NCBI GenBank assembly: GCA_963665845.2
Contig: OY762492.1
Location: 3,840,001 to 3,904,000, forward strand
DNA length: 64,000 nucleotides
DNA from: Candidatus Poribacteria bacterium
GTDB taxonomy: Bacteria > Poribacteria > WGA-4E > GCA-2687025
Direction: 5' to 3'
Position 1 is the first letter of the stretch. The number at the start of each line of letters is the position of its first letter. This document shows positions 1 through 9,172 of this stretch, piece after piece. Made by a program: the position numbers and the translations under genes. Under the pieces are notes generated by a model, which worked only from the letters and a program-made list of their open reading frames with translations, had not been told where the DNA came from and did no database searches.

Positions 1-442
1 AGCCGAACGCGGCGACTCGAACGAAGGCGGACAGCCCGTCGCGCCATTTTCCGCCCGCCGCTTGTCCTAAGCCAGGTACCGCCGCCGAGAGAACGCCGCC
101 CCATGCGTTCCAGCGCGTCTCGTCTGGGAACGGATCGGGAGTCCGCAGCCGTGTGGACGCGGCGAACGGCGCGTTGCACGTATGGCAGCGCAATAGACGC
201 TCCGACGCCGCCGCCCAGCCCAAAAACCCGTATCGATCCAGCGCCAGCTGCGCATACGACGAACAGGTCGGGTCAAACACGCATGTATCCCCGTCCTGCG
301 TTGTGATGACAGCGCGGTGAAAGCGGATGAAGGCGGAGCCGCCCGCGCTCTCATGCCGCGCCGGCGGAGGGTCGGGTACCTCCTCTGGAAGCGGAAGCGT
401 CGGCAGCCCCGCAATGCATAACAGCGCGATCCAGACAGACAA
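1..442 (-). CDS. YidD-like membrane protein insertion efficiency factor domain fused to a C-terminal 'PGLGQ' membrane domain; runs off the left edge
   Basis: Not in ORF track. Manual translation from TTG at 442 (AGGAG upstream): MSVWIALLCIAG...CVFDPTCSSYAQLALDRYGFLGWAAASERLLRCH...LSAAVPGLGQAAGGKW; CxFxPTCSxYA...RLLRC is the YidD signature; no stop before position 1. Confidence 0.75.
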   Translation of the reverse strand, partial: MSVWIALLCIAGLPTLPLPEEVPDPPPARHESAGGSAFIRFHRAVITTQDGDTCVFDPTCSSYAQLALDRYGFLGWAAASERLLRCHTCNAPFAASTRLRTPDPFPDETRWNAWGGVLSAAVPGLGQAAGGKWRDGLSAFVRVAAFG

Positions 443-448
443 GGCGGT

Positions 449-1375
449 TCAAAACTCCTGCGCAAGAAAGTCGTCCATGACCGAATCCGGTATCGTCTCG
501 GCGGCGGCGCGCGCGTTCATCTCCAGCTGCTCTATGTTCAGGCTGCCGAGCGGGTTGCCGTGAATCGTCTCCTCCCGCAGACAAAACTGCAGCGCCATCG
601 TCAACAGGCTCACATCGTTTTCGATGCACCAGGCGCGCATTTTGGTCGCGCGGGCGATGTCCTGATTGTTCTGGTCATGCCCGCTTAGATCAATGCCGGT
701 CAAAAAGCCGCGCATAATTGACCAGCCGTTCAGCATGCCGATGTCCTTCTCCGCCGCCGCGGGCAGAATCTCATCCGCCGCCGACTGCCGCAGCAGGTTG
801 TAATCGTTGAAACAAAGCAGCACATCCACATCCCCCTCTTCGATCACCTTCAGATGAAAAGGATGCGGGTTCATGCCGTATCCGACGTTATGAATCAGCC
901 CCTCCTCTTTCAGCTCCTTGATGCCGTCCAGCGTTCCGTCGTCCGCGAGCGTCGCGTCGATGTCGCCAGGGTCATGAATCAGCATGGCGTCAAAATAGTC
1001 GGTTCCGAGTATTTCCAGCTGGTCGCGGACATCGTCTTTAGCGCGTTGGGCGGAGTAGTCGGGGCGTCCTGACCCGTAGCCGCCCCATTGCGCGGCGCTG
1101 TGGCAGCAGAGCCGGCCGCTGATGATCGCCTCTTCGCGCTCAATGACGCCTGTTTTGATGGCGACGCCCAGCTTGCGCAGCGAATCGCCGTAGCAGCGGG
1201 CGCAGTCGAAATGGTTGACGCCGATGTCAACGGCGCGGCGGATCAGATCGCATGCCTCCTCGTCCGTCACCTTGCCGAAATTGTTGCCGAAACCCTGCGT
1301 TCCGAACGGGACGACAGGGATGCTCAGCTCGCTTTTGCCCCATCGCCGGCGCGGGACATTGAAATCGTTCGCCAT
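449..1375 (-). CDS. Aldo/keto reductase
   Basis: RRxGKSELSIPVVPFGT, GVNHFDCARCYG, LGTDYFDAMLIHDP: AKR pattern. Confidence 0.9.
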   Translation of the reverse strand: MANDFNVPRRRWGKSELSIPVVPFGTQGFGNNFGKVTDEEACDLIRRAVDIGVNHFDCARCYGDSLRKLGVAIKTGVIEREEAIISGRLCCHSAAQWGGYGSGRPDYSAQRAKDDVRDQLEILGTDYFDAMLIHDPGDIDATLADDGTLDGIKELKEEGLIHNVGYGMNPHPFHLKVIEEGDVDVLLCFNDYNLLRQSAADEILPAAAEKDIGMLNGWSIMRGFLTGIDLSGHDQNNQDIARATKMRAWCIENDVSLLTMALQFCLREETIHGNPLGSLNIEQLEMNARAAAETIPDSVMDDFLAQEF

Positions 1376-1483
1376 GCGTTCTCCTATGCGGTATGCGTTG
1401 CGTTCTGCGCATCGTCGCAGATAACGGTGGAGAACGCAAGCGGGAATCTAGAGGCAGACCCGAAACCTTCCGCATCCCCGGCT

Positions 1484-1570
1484 GTCATTCCCGCGCAAGC
1501 GGGAATCTAGAGGCGCCGCAGACGATGTCCGCGTTCGCGCCGGCATGCCCAACTAAATATGTAAGGTCAG
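1484..1570 (+). repeat. REP-like palindrome (ATTCCC-N8-GGGAAT at 1487-1506) plus right end of MITE-like element
   Basis: GTCATTCCCGCGCAAGCGGGAATCTAGAGG...CCCAACTAAATATGTAAGGTCAG; aligns with 5365-5455; extra half copy at 1435-1455. Confidence 0.9.
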
Positions 1571-1755
1571 CGACCAACGAGCAAAGCCTTCTTCAACGGC
1601 TGGAGGCAACTCGCTGCTTGCGCTTCGAACAAAAACGCGGCGGATCCGCAACAGCCCGACCCGTCGCGTTCTCTTTAGGGAGCCGCGCCGATCTTCTCAT
1701 CGCTCATGCCGGACGGAAACGAGGCAGATCCCTTCTCAACGGACACAGGCGGCGC

Positions 1756-2739
1756 CTATTGATCCAAAGCTTCCAATTCCCGCTGCAGCTCTTTGATCCC
1801 TTCCGGGGACCAACCCTGTTGAGCGAGCAAGCCCTTAATAACCGTTCTTGCCTCATTCTTTGCTGTCTCTATGTCGCGCTCTATGACGCCCAGATCCAAC
1901 ACAACCTCCTCGAACGGACCTTCAGCAGAGTCTCCCCAAAGATGGATGCGCTCTTTGTCCGAATAGGACGGGCTATGAATATAATTCAGCCTCTCCTCCA
2001 CGCTTTTCAGCTCCTTCAACATCGCGTTCGTGTCATCCTCAGAAGCGGTTCCTTTCGCCAGATCTGCCAACAATTCGTTTTGACGCTGCGTCTTTTCTTT
2101 CAGCTCCTGTTTCCCTTCCGCAGAGAGCAGCGCGCGGGTCTTGAAACGCACAATCAGCTTTGTGTTGGGCGGCATGTTGTAGATGTCGCCGTTCGGAAGC
2201 TGCACGAAGCACGGAACCTTCGAAATCGGAATGCGCCCCGCCCGCCATGCCATGACTATCGGATGCTGAGCGTTCGGCGGAAAATCGTCGATTGTCCTCC
2301 TGATTGCCTCTCTCAGAACGGCATACTCTGGAGCCGTCATGATTCTCTCAGAAGCGATATCTTGCGCTTTAAAAGCGGCTGCGCTCTCTGGAAGCGTCTG
2401 AATCCACAGGTCAAACTCTTCTCCGATAAGCCGCGCCCATTCGTTCAGGACGCCGTCCACGGTGGACAGTTCAGGCGGAATTTCGATCGCCGCTGTCGAC
2501 ATTTCTTGCGCCTCGGAGGATGGCTCAAGCTCGGCGACCTTCTCGCGGGCGGCGCCGTTCTCATCGCGCCGCGCCGGCTCTTCGAGAGCTGCATGACCGG
2601 GCTGCCGAGGGGTTTGCTCATCCTGCGCGATTTGAGGAGCATCCGACGAGCTAAAACGCCCGGCAACAAGCGTCCACAGAAGCGCCGCGATAAGAACCAG
2701 AACCGACAACGCCGCAACGATCCAGTGAAGTTTTTTCAC
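1756..2739 (-). CDS. Hypothetical membrane-anchored protein
   Basis: GTG at 2739 preceded by AAGGAGGAG; N-terminus MKKLHWIVAALSVLVLIAALLWTLV is a TM/signal anchor; helical charged C-terminus. Confidence 0.75.
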   Translation of the reverse strand: MKKLHWIVAALSVLVLIAALLWTLVAGRFSSSDAPQIAQDEQTPRQPGHAALEEPARRDENGAAREKVAELEPSSEAQEMSTAAIEIPPELSTVDGVLNEWARLIGEEFDLWIQTLPESAAAFKAQDIASERIMTAPEYAVLREAIRRTIDDFPPNAQHPIVMAWRAGRIPISKVPCFVQLPNGDIYNMPPNTKLIVRFKTRALLSAEGKQELKEKTQRQNELLADLAKGTASEDDTNAMLKELKSVEERLNYIHSPSYSDKERIHLWGDSAEGPFEEVVLDLGVIERDIETAKNEARTVIKGLLAQQGWSPEGIKELQRELEALDQ

Positions 2740-2870
2740 GTTTTCACTCCTCCTTCTTTGATTCAGCGTTTCTTGCAGCGTCAGACGACCTTTCGGATCA
2801 GCCATTTGACCGTTTAATTTAATATGCCGCAACATTCTTGTTGGCGCAACAAACGCAGACAACCAAGCCG

Positions 2871-3062
2871 GTCATTCCCGCCCTTGCTCCTGCGGTAAAA
2901 TGTAACGAGCGGGAATCTTGCGTCTTCCCTGCCGGCGCGCGCTCTTTAAACCCCCTAACCCTCTTTTCAAGGAGGAATCTGACATCACCCTTAGAGCAAT
3001 TCAGGTTGTGAACGCGGACGGTTTCGAGGTTGACTCTGGATTCCCGCTTGCGCGGGAATGAC
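2871..3062. repeat. Inverted pair of REP-like palindromes enclosing a CCTTGAAAAG(A/G)GG hairpin repeat
   Basis: Expanded-loop copy 2874-2916, reverse copy 3040-3059; 2945-2979 matches the reverse complement of 8304-8339. Confidence 0.85.
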
Positions 3063-3135
3063 GTCAGTCGGCGCCGACGCTTTATGGTCAAAATGAAATT
3101 CATCGCATGGGCGTACCGCCTCGGAAGATGGGCGG

Positions 3136-3164
3136 TTGAGACCGCCGCCGTTTCATGATACATT
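3136..3164 (+). promoter_or_regulatory. Putative sigma70 promoter of fba operon
   Basis: TTGAGA-17 nt-TACATT with extended TG, 42 nt upstream of ATG. Confidence 0.5.
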
Positions 3165-3206
3165 GTTTCCGCATACCGCTGGAGAACGACAACGAAGGGC
3201 ATAGAG

Positions 3207-4160
3207 ATGATCGTAACGACCAAGCAGCTGTTTGAGGTGGCGTACGGCGAGTTTGCCGTCGGCGCCTACAATATCAACAACGCGGAGCAGACGATGGGGC
3301 TGTTTCGCGGCAATATCGACTCGCAGGCTCCGTTTATCATTCAGATTTCGCGCGGCGCGCGCGGCTACACCGACAAAAGCTTTCTGGAAGGAATGATACG
3401 GGCGGCGGGCGACCTGTTTCCGGACGCGGTATTCGCGGTGCATCTCGACCACGGAACCGAGGAGGTGTGCTACGACTGCATCGATTCGGGCTTTTACTCC
3501 TCCGTTATGATCGATGCGTCGCATGAGGAGTTTGAGGAGAACATCGCCATCACGAAGCGGGTCGTGGACCGCGCCCATGAGAAAAACGTCAGCGTCGAGG
3601 CGGAGCTGGGCATGCTGGGGGGCGTTGAAGAGGATGTGGTCGGCGACAACCCATGCTTGACGGACCCTGAAGAGGCGGAGGAGTTCATCGACCGCACCGG
3701 CTGCGACAGCCTCGCCTGCGCCATCGGCACGAGCCATGGGGCGTATAAGTTTTCGGGGACGCAGGGCATTCACTTCGACATCCTGGACGATATACAGGCG
3801 CGCAAGCCTGGGTTCCCGCTGGTGATGCACGGCTCCAGCTCGGTGCCGCCGGAGGAGGTGGCGCGCATCAACGACGCGGGCGGAAAGCTGATTGGCGCGG
3901 CGGGCGTCAACACGGCGGAGTATCTGCCGGCGGCGAAGCGCGGCGTCTGCAAGGTGAACATCGACACGGACGGGCGGCTGGTCTGGACGCGCGTCCACCG
4001 CGAGCATTTTCGGGACAACCCTGACGACATCGATTTCCGCGCGCCCGGCAGGACCTATATGGACGAATACGCCGCTTTCATCGCCGGCCGAAATGAGCTG
4101 CTGGGATCGGCGGGTCAGCTGGACGCGGCGCGAGAACATGCAACCAACGGAGGAGCGTGA
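3207..4160 (+). CDS. fba: Class II fructose-bisphosphate aldolase
   Basis: AVGAYNINN, VHLDHG, SVMIDAS, VEAELG, AIGTSHGAYK, LVMHGSS, KVNIDTD. Confidence 0.95.
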   Translation: MIVTTKQLFEVAYGEFAVGAYNINNAEQTMGLFRGNIDSQAPFIIQISRGARGYTDKSFLEGMIRAAGDLFPDAVFAVHLDHGTEEVCYDCIDSGFYSSVMIDASHEEFEENIAITKRVVDRAHEKNVSVEAELGMLGGVEEDVVGDNPCLTDPEEAEEFIDRTGCDSLACAIGTSHGAYKFSGTQGIHFDILDDIQARKPGFPLVMHGSSSVPPEEVARINDAGGKLIGAAGVNTAEYLPAAKRGVCKVNIDTDGRLVWTRVHREHFRDNPDDIDFRAPGRTYMDEYAAFIAGRNELLGSAGQLDAAREHATNGGA

Positions 4161-5245
4161 TGGCAAAAGCGGAGCCAAAGGTTTCCAAAAGCAAAAAAAG
4201 CGGCAAGGTGCGATTCTGCATCGTCGGAATGGGCATTGGACGCCCCAATGGACGCGCGCTCATGGGCGACGAACGAGGCGAGATCGTCGCCCTGTGCGAT
4301 CTCCAAGAAGCGCGGATGAAGGACTTCGCCAAAGAGATACCGAACAAGGTGAAGTTCTACACCGACTACAAAAAGATGTGCAAGGACAGCGGGATCGACG
4401 CTGTCTTTGTCGGGACGCCGAATCAGTGGCATGTGCCGGTCGCGCTCGAAGCGGTTCGGAACGGCAAGCATGTGATCGTGACGAAGCCGCTGTCCGACTC
4501 TGAAGACGCCGCCAAAGAGCTGGTTGAGGAGGCGGAGAAGGCGGGTCTTGTGAACATGATGTCGCTTGGGACGCGGTACAGCGCCGCCTGTCAGCATCTC
4601 GGCAAGCTGGGGCGCGAGGGTTATTTCGGCGACTTTTACTACGCGCGCGCCCGCAGCGTCCGCCGCATCGGCATTCCCGACTGGAACCTTGGCTTCATTG
4701 AAAAAGGGGGCGGCGCGTTTCGGGACATGGGCGTCCATGTCCTGGACGCGGTCTGGTGGATCATGGGCATGCCGCGTCCGGTGGCGGCGTCCGCGGCGGC
4801 AGGCGCGAAGTTTGGACCGGTCGGCAAAGGTTTCTGGCGCGGCAAAGTTCCCCCGAAGAATTTTTATACCCGTTTCACCTCGGACGATTACGCGGGCGGT
4901 TTCGTCCGTTTTGAGAACGGCATTGGACTCATCGTCGAGAGCTTCTGGGCGTCGCATCAACCTGGCGAGTTTCAAATTGAGCTGTTTGGAACCGAGGCGG
5001 GGGCGAAATTAAGCCCGCTGACGCTTTACCGCACCGACGACAACAAGGAGGAGGATCTGCCGGTCAAACTGCCCGCGCAAAAACAGGGGTTCAACCTGAT
5101 GGCGGAGGAGTTCATCGCCGGCGTCCTGGACGGGGGAGAGGTGCGCGCCCCGCTTCGACACGGGCTGATCGTTCAGCAGATGATCGAGGCGATCCTGGAA
5201 AGCGGCGAGACGGGCAAAGAGGTTCCCATAGACGCGGCGATGTAG
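4157..5245 (+). CDS. Gfo/Idh/MocA family oxidoreductase
   Basis: IVGMGIG, DAVFVGTPNQWH, GKHVIVTKPL, GGGAFRDMGVHVLD. Confidence 0.9.
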   Translation: MMAKAEPKVSKSKKSGKVRFCIVGMGIGRPNGRALMGDERGEIVALCDLQEARMKDFAKEIPNKVKFYTDYKKMCKDSGIDAVFVGTPNQWHVPVALEAVRNGKHVIVTKPLSDSEDAAKELVEEAEKAGLVNMMSLGTRYSAACQHLGKLGREGYFGDFYYARARSVRRIGIPDWNLGFIEKGGGAFRDMGVHVLDAVWWIMGMPRPVAASAAAGAKFGPVGKGFWRGKVPPKNFYTRFTSDDYAGGFVRFENGIGLIVESFWASHQPGEFQIELFGTEAGAKLSPLTLYRTDDNKEEDLPVKLPAQKQGFNLMAEEFIAGVLDGGEVRAPLRHGLIVQQMIEAILESGETGKEVPIDAAM

Positions 5246-5265
5246 GAGGCGGCGAGCGGATGTTT

Positions 5266-5454
5266 CTGACCTCATGCTTAAAGTTGGGACGTTGGACGAA
5301 CAAAGCCCGTATTCATGGGAAAGAGGCTTCGCCAACCAGGTCGTTCCCCGCTTCCGCGAGGACATGCATTCCCGCGCAAGCGGGAATCCAGAGGCGCCGC
5401 AGACGACGTCCGCGTTCGCCAAGCGGAATGTCCCAACTAAAGATGTAAGGTCGG
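5266..5454. mobile_element. MITE-like element with imperfect ~25 bp terminal inverted repeats, internal REP palindrome and flanking direct repeat
   Basis: Left CTGACCTCATGCTTAAAGTTGGGAC; right GTCCCAACTAAAGATGTAAGGTCGG; ATGTTT on both sides (5260-5265, 5455-5460); ATTCCC-N8-GGGAAT at 5368-5387. Confidence 0.7.
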
Positions 5455-5480
5455 ATGTTTGATTTTCAAAAGGAGTTCAG

Positions 5481-5846
5481 ATGTTCAATAAAGCGGCGCT
5501 TGCCGCGGCGGTCTTGGTCGGGTTGGCTTTGTCGGGGTGCATGGCTCCAGTTCAGGAGGGGAATCGTTACGTTCGCGCAGATGACATTCCGGTGTACTAC
5601 TTGGATGAGGCGCCAGCGCATACGGAGTTGACCAAGTTCTTTGTTCAGTGGAAAACGCCGGAGAACGACATCGATCGGGTGTTGAGGGAACCCAAACAGA
5701 CAGCGGTATCGATTGGCGGAGACGCTTTGATCATCACATCCTACCGCCATCATGTCGACAAGGATGTTGTGAAAGAGTTGCATGGGTTCATTGTCAAACT
5801 TGCTGTGGAGCAGTGTGTTGCCAGCGAAGAAGAGGCTTCTGAATAA
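5481..5846 (+). CDS. Small lipoprotein (possibly YbjQ-like fold)
   Basis: AAGGAG RBS; lipobox LSGC; AVSIGGDALII motif. Confidence 0.7.
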   Translation: MFNKAALAAAVLVGLALSGCMAPVQEGNRYVRADDIPVYYLDEAPAHTELTKFFVQWKTPENDIDRVLREPKQTAVSIGGDALIITSYRHHVDKDVVKELHGFIVKLAVEQCVASEEEASE

Positions 5847-5867
5847 AAGGGGATTTAGGAGGCGGTC

Positions 5868-7316
5868 ATGCCGAATGAACCGATACGGCTGCGCCTGACC
5901 GACGCGCGGTTTTACATGCGGAATGTGCGGCTGCGCATGCCGTTTCGTTACGGCGTCGCAACGCTGATTGGTTACCCGATCCTGCATGCGCGCGTTACGA
6001 TGGAGACAGCGGACGGAATGCGGGCGGAGGGCGTGTCCGCGGATTGCCTTCCGCCCAAATGGTTCGATAAATCTCCCGACAAAAACTACGAGGACAATAT
6101 CCGCGATATGCTGTTTGCCGTTCAAGCGGCGCATGACGCCTATCTTTTGATGGCGTCCGAACCGCGGACGCCGTTTGAACTCATGATGGACGGGTTGTCG
6201 GCGGTCATGGAGGCGCGCGCGGAGGGGGGAATCAATGAGCTGACCGCCTCGTTCGGCGCCTCTTTCTTTGAGAGAGCCGTTGCGGACGCGGTTTGCAACG
6301 CCCTGTCGATCTCTTTTTTTGAGGCGCTTCAGGCGAACGTTTTTGGGGTGGAGATGGGCTTGGCGCATTCCGAACTGGAGGGTCTGGAGCCGTCCGATGT
6401 ACTGCCGCCCGCGCCGCTGGACAGCCTATGGATTCGGCATACTGTAGGATTGAGCGACCCGATTTTGACAAGCGAAATCGGCGACGACGACCGCCTAAAC
6501 GACAGCTTGCCGCAGTCGCTTGAGGAGTATATTGACGCGCAGAAGCTGCGGTACTTTAAGGTGAAGGTGTGCGGCGACGACAGCGTAGACCTGCCGCGCC
6601 TTGAAACGATCGCCGAGCTGCTGGACGCGCGCGCCTCAAAGCCGTATGCGGTGTCGCTGGACGGGAATGAGCAGTATCTGGAGGCGGCGCCGTTTCGTTC
6701 GCTTGTGGAGACACTGCGGACGAAGCCTGTCTTTGAGCAGTTTTTTGACAGCATACGTTATATAGAGCAGCCGATTCACCGCGACGCCGCGCTGAAGCCG
6801 CCGCTGGCGGAGGAGATGCGCGAGTTGTCCAGCGTCAAGCCGGTCATCATTGACGAGTCGGACAGCGGGCTGGATACGTTTAAACAGGCGCTGGAGATGG
6901 GTTACCGCGGCGTCAGCTCCAAGAACTGCAAGGGCATTTACAAATCGCTGCTGAATTTTGCGCTGGCGAAACAGGGCGGGCATCTCATGACCGGCGAAGA
7001 CCTGGCAAACGCGCCGATTGTCCCGCTTCATCAGGACTGCGCGACGCTGGCGGCTCTCGGCATATCGGACGCGGAGAGAAACGGGCATCATTATCTGCGC
7101 GGTTTGGCGCACCTTTCGCGGTCGGAGCGCGCCGATTGTCTAGAGGCGCATCCGCGGATGTACGCCGTAAAGGGCGGGTTGCCGCAGCTGAATGTGGAAG
7201 GCGGGCGAATCGATATACGTTCGCTGCAGACCGCCGGCTACGCTCTCGGCGCGCCCATCGATTACAGAAGCATGACGCCGCTGGATGAGTGGACGTTCGA
7301 TTCGTTGAGCCTTTAG
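5868..7316 (+). CDS. Enolase-superfamily (mandelate racemase-like) protein
   Basis: FKVKV (KxK), LDGNEQ, IEQP, IIDES metal-ligand pattern. Confidence 0.8.
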   Translation: MPNEPIRLRLTDARFYMRNVRLRMPFRYGVATLIGYPILHARVTMETADGMRAEGVSADCLPPKWFDKSPDKNYEDNIRDMLFAVQAAHDAYLLMASEPRTPFELMMDGLSAVMEARAEGGINELTASFGASFFERAVADAVCNALSISFFEALQANVFGVEMGLAHSELEGLEPSDVLPPAPLDSLWIRHTVGLSDPILTSEIGDDDRLNDSLPQSLEEYIDAQKLRYFKVKVCGDDSVDLPRLETIAELLDARASKPYAVSLDGNEQYLEAAPFRSLVETLRTKPVFEQFFDSIRYIEQPIHRDAALKPPLAEEMRELSSVKPVIIDESDSGLDTFKQALEMGYRGVSSKNCKGIYKSLLNFALAKQGGHLMTGEDLANAPIVPLHQDCATLAALGISDAERNGHHYLRGLAHLSRSERADCLEAHPRMYAVKGGLPQLNVEGGRIDIRSLQTAGYALGAPIDYRSMTPLDEWTFDSLSL

Positions 7317-7342
7317 CAAAAAACAAGGGCGGGACGGCAGAT

Positions 7343-8116
7343 ATGGAATCGATCATGGAGCGTTTTCGTCTGGACGGGCGGGTTGCGCTGATCACAGGCG
7401 GAAGCAAGGGTCTCGGCGAGGCGATGGCGCAAGGGATGTCTGAAGCGGGCGCCAACGTTGTCATAACAAGCCGGCATCTGGACGAGTGCGAAGCGGCGGC
7501 GCGGCGCATCTCCGAAACAACGGGCGGCGACATTTTAGCCCTGGAAGGCGATGTAAAGCAGCCTGCGCAGGTGCGCGCGAACGTCTCGGCGGCGCTGAAC
7601 AGGTTCGGGCAGATCGACATACTCGTCAACAACGCGGGAACGAACGTGCGGACGGGAACGCTGGAGCTGCCCTTGGACGAATGGCGGCGGGTCGTAGAGG
7701 TGAACCTGACCGGACCGTTCCTCTTTGGGCAAGCCGTTCTGCCCAGCATGGTAGAGCGCGGCTACGGGCGGGTCATCAACCTCTCCTCCATCTTGGGCGT
7801 TGTCGGTTTGGCGGCGCGCTCGCCGTACACGGCGACGAAGGGCGGGCTGCTCAATATGACGCGCGCTTGGGCGTTGGAGTTTGCGCCGCATGGAATCACG
7901 GTGAACGCGCTTTGCCCCGGCCCGTTCGACACGCCGATGAACCGCCCCTTGACGCAGGACAAGGAGGCGTATGCGGCGTTTCTGTCGCGCATTCCGCTTG
8001 GGCGATGGGGCGATCTGGAGGAGGCGGCGTCGACAGCGGTGTTTTTGGCGTCGGACGCTTCCAGTTATATCACCGGGGCGGCGATCATGCTGGACGGCGG
8101 ATGGACGGCGCAATGA
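7343..8116 (+). CDS. Short-chain dehydrogenase/reductase (gluconate 5-dehydrogenase-like)
   Basis: TGGSKGLG, NNAG, YTATK, VNALCPG, DGGWTA; start moved to ATG 7343. Confidence 0.9.
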   Translation: MESIMERFRLDGRVALITGGSKGLGEAMAQGMSEAGANVVITSRHLDECEAAARRISETTGGDILALEGDVKQPAQVRANVSAALNRFGQIDILVNNAGTNVRTGTLELPLDEWRRVVEVNLTGPFLFGQAVLPSMVERGYGRVINLSSILGVVGLAARSPYTATKGGLLNMTRAWALEFAPHGITVNALCPGPFDTPMNRPLTQDKEAYAAFLSRIPLGRWGDLEEAASTAVFLASDASSYITGAAIMLDGGWTAQ

Positions 8117-8131
8117 CAATAATAAGGGGGA

Positions 8132-8207
8132 TGGTGGAGTCGAGGGGAGTCGAACCCCTGACCTCCTGAATGCCATTCAGGCGCTCTCCCAACTGAGCTA
8201 CGACCCC
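8132..8207 (-). tRNA. tRNA-Ala(GGC)
   Basis: Reverse complement GGGGTCGTAGCTCAGTTGGGAGAGCG CCTGA-ATGGCAT-TCAGG AGGTCAGGGGTTCGACTCCCCTCGACTCCACCA; 76 nt, encoded CCA. Confidence 0.97.
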
Positions 8208-8219
8208 AACCGCGTAACT

Positions 8220-8248
8220 ATGATGGCGCATGATCGGTCGGCTGTCAA
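8220..8248 (-). promoter_or_regulatory. Putative sigma70 promoter of tRNA-Ala
   Basis: TTGACA-17 nt-CATCAT on minus strand just upstream of tRNA. Confidence 0.5.
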
Positions 8249-8303
8249 GAAAAGTTGCGCATTGGCGGTACTCCCATACAGGGATATTTGCGGCGGCGCG
8301 TCC

Positions 8304-8418
8304 GATTCCCCCCTTGAAAAGGGGCTAGGGGGGTTTAAAGGACGGGCGCAGCGGCTGCGATGCCTTAAGATTCCCGCTTACGCGGGAATGACGATTTGGT
8401 TGGCGACGCCTTTTCAAG
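8304..8418. repeat. CCCCTTGAAAAGGGG hairpin repeat followed by reverse REP palindrome (8370-8389)
   Basis: GATTCCCCCCTTGAAAAGGGG also at ~42940 and ~43165; GATTCCCGCTTACGCGGGAATGAC. Confidence 0.85.
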
Positions 8419-8554
8419 GGAATTGGACGCCTGCGCGTTTTGTTTTTTATTACGGAAAATTTTAATCTTAATTCACAGGACGGGAGCCTGTACGCCTGTA
8501 AATCGGTTGCGCTGTCCAAAGCAATGTTTTATACTGCATCATAGGAGGGCGGAT

Positions 8555-8794
8555 ATGCATCAGATTTCGGAAGCGAAGCAATGGGTGATGGCCAAGGTCA
8601 ATGGAGCGGGCCGCGTTGAAAAGAAGCGGCTGTATTCCGGCAGCGACTTCCCGCCGTCGCTCATCAAGGGCGCCATCGCGCGTTTGGAATCGGATCAGTT
8701 GATCTGTATGGAGGCGGACTCCTCCGGGCGCGAGTATTATGTGAAGCGGCGGCATGGTCCCGTTAAGAGCTTTCTGCGGCTGTTCAAGAAATAG
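8555..8794 (+). CDS. Small hypothetical protein (possible winged-helix fold)
   Basis: AGGAGG RBS before ATG 8555; AIARLESDQLI...REYYV helix-then-hairpin pattern. Confidence 0.6.
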   Translation: MHQISEAKQWVMAKVNGAGRVEKKRLYSGSDFPPSLIKGAIARLESDQLICMEADSSGREYYVKRRHGPVKSFLRLFKK

Positions 8795-8816
8795 GCTGCT
8801 TACAGAAAGGGGCGGC

Positions 8817-9140
8817 ATGAGCGACAAAATCAAGATGGGCTACATCAGCGACGGACATGATCTCCTCGCCGAGGGGAAGTACCATGAGGCGATCGCGCTG
8901 TACAAAAAAGCGCTGGAGCTGGACGAAAACTATGTCGAGGCGTTCCTCTCCATCGGCAAGTCGTATGAGCTGATGGGCGCGCTGGACGAGGCGGTCGAGA
9001 TTCTCAAAAACGGCATTGAGCGGAACCCCGACGAGCCGTTTCTGCATACGAGCCTGTCCCAGTGCTACCAGAAAAAAGGCATGATTCCGGAGGCTGAAGA
9101 GGAGATGGCGGTCGCTTATCATCTTCAGCAGAGTCAATAA
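8817..9140 (+). CDS. Tetratricopeptide repeat protein
   Basis: GKYHEAIALYKKALELD, GALDEAVEILKNGIERNP. Confidence 0.85.
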   Translation: MSDKIKMGYISDGHDLLAEGKYHEAIALYKKALELDENYVEAFLSIGKSYELMGALDEAVEILKNGIERNPDEPFLHTSLSQCYQKKGMIPEAEEEMAVAYHLQQSQ

Positions 9141-9172
9141 CGTTCGAAGGGCGTTCAGAAAGGAGCGGTCTT

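Noticed and set aside
1393-2817. 474-aa plus-strand ORF and other long antisense ORFs (e.g. 3153-4178, 43372-44370, 46935-48299, 55632-57179)
   Set aside because: Shadow frames opposite well-supported genes in GC-rich DNA; Arg-rich, no motifs
5260-5462. Short ORFs containing IPAQAGI / HSRASGN / FPRKRES (also 11628, 14240, 29976, 32020)
   Set aside because: Translations of the REP palindrome, not genes
8132-8420. tRNA-Ala as prophage/island attachment site
   Set aside because: No integrase and no duplicated tRNA 3' end noticed in the window
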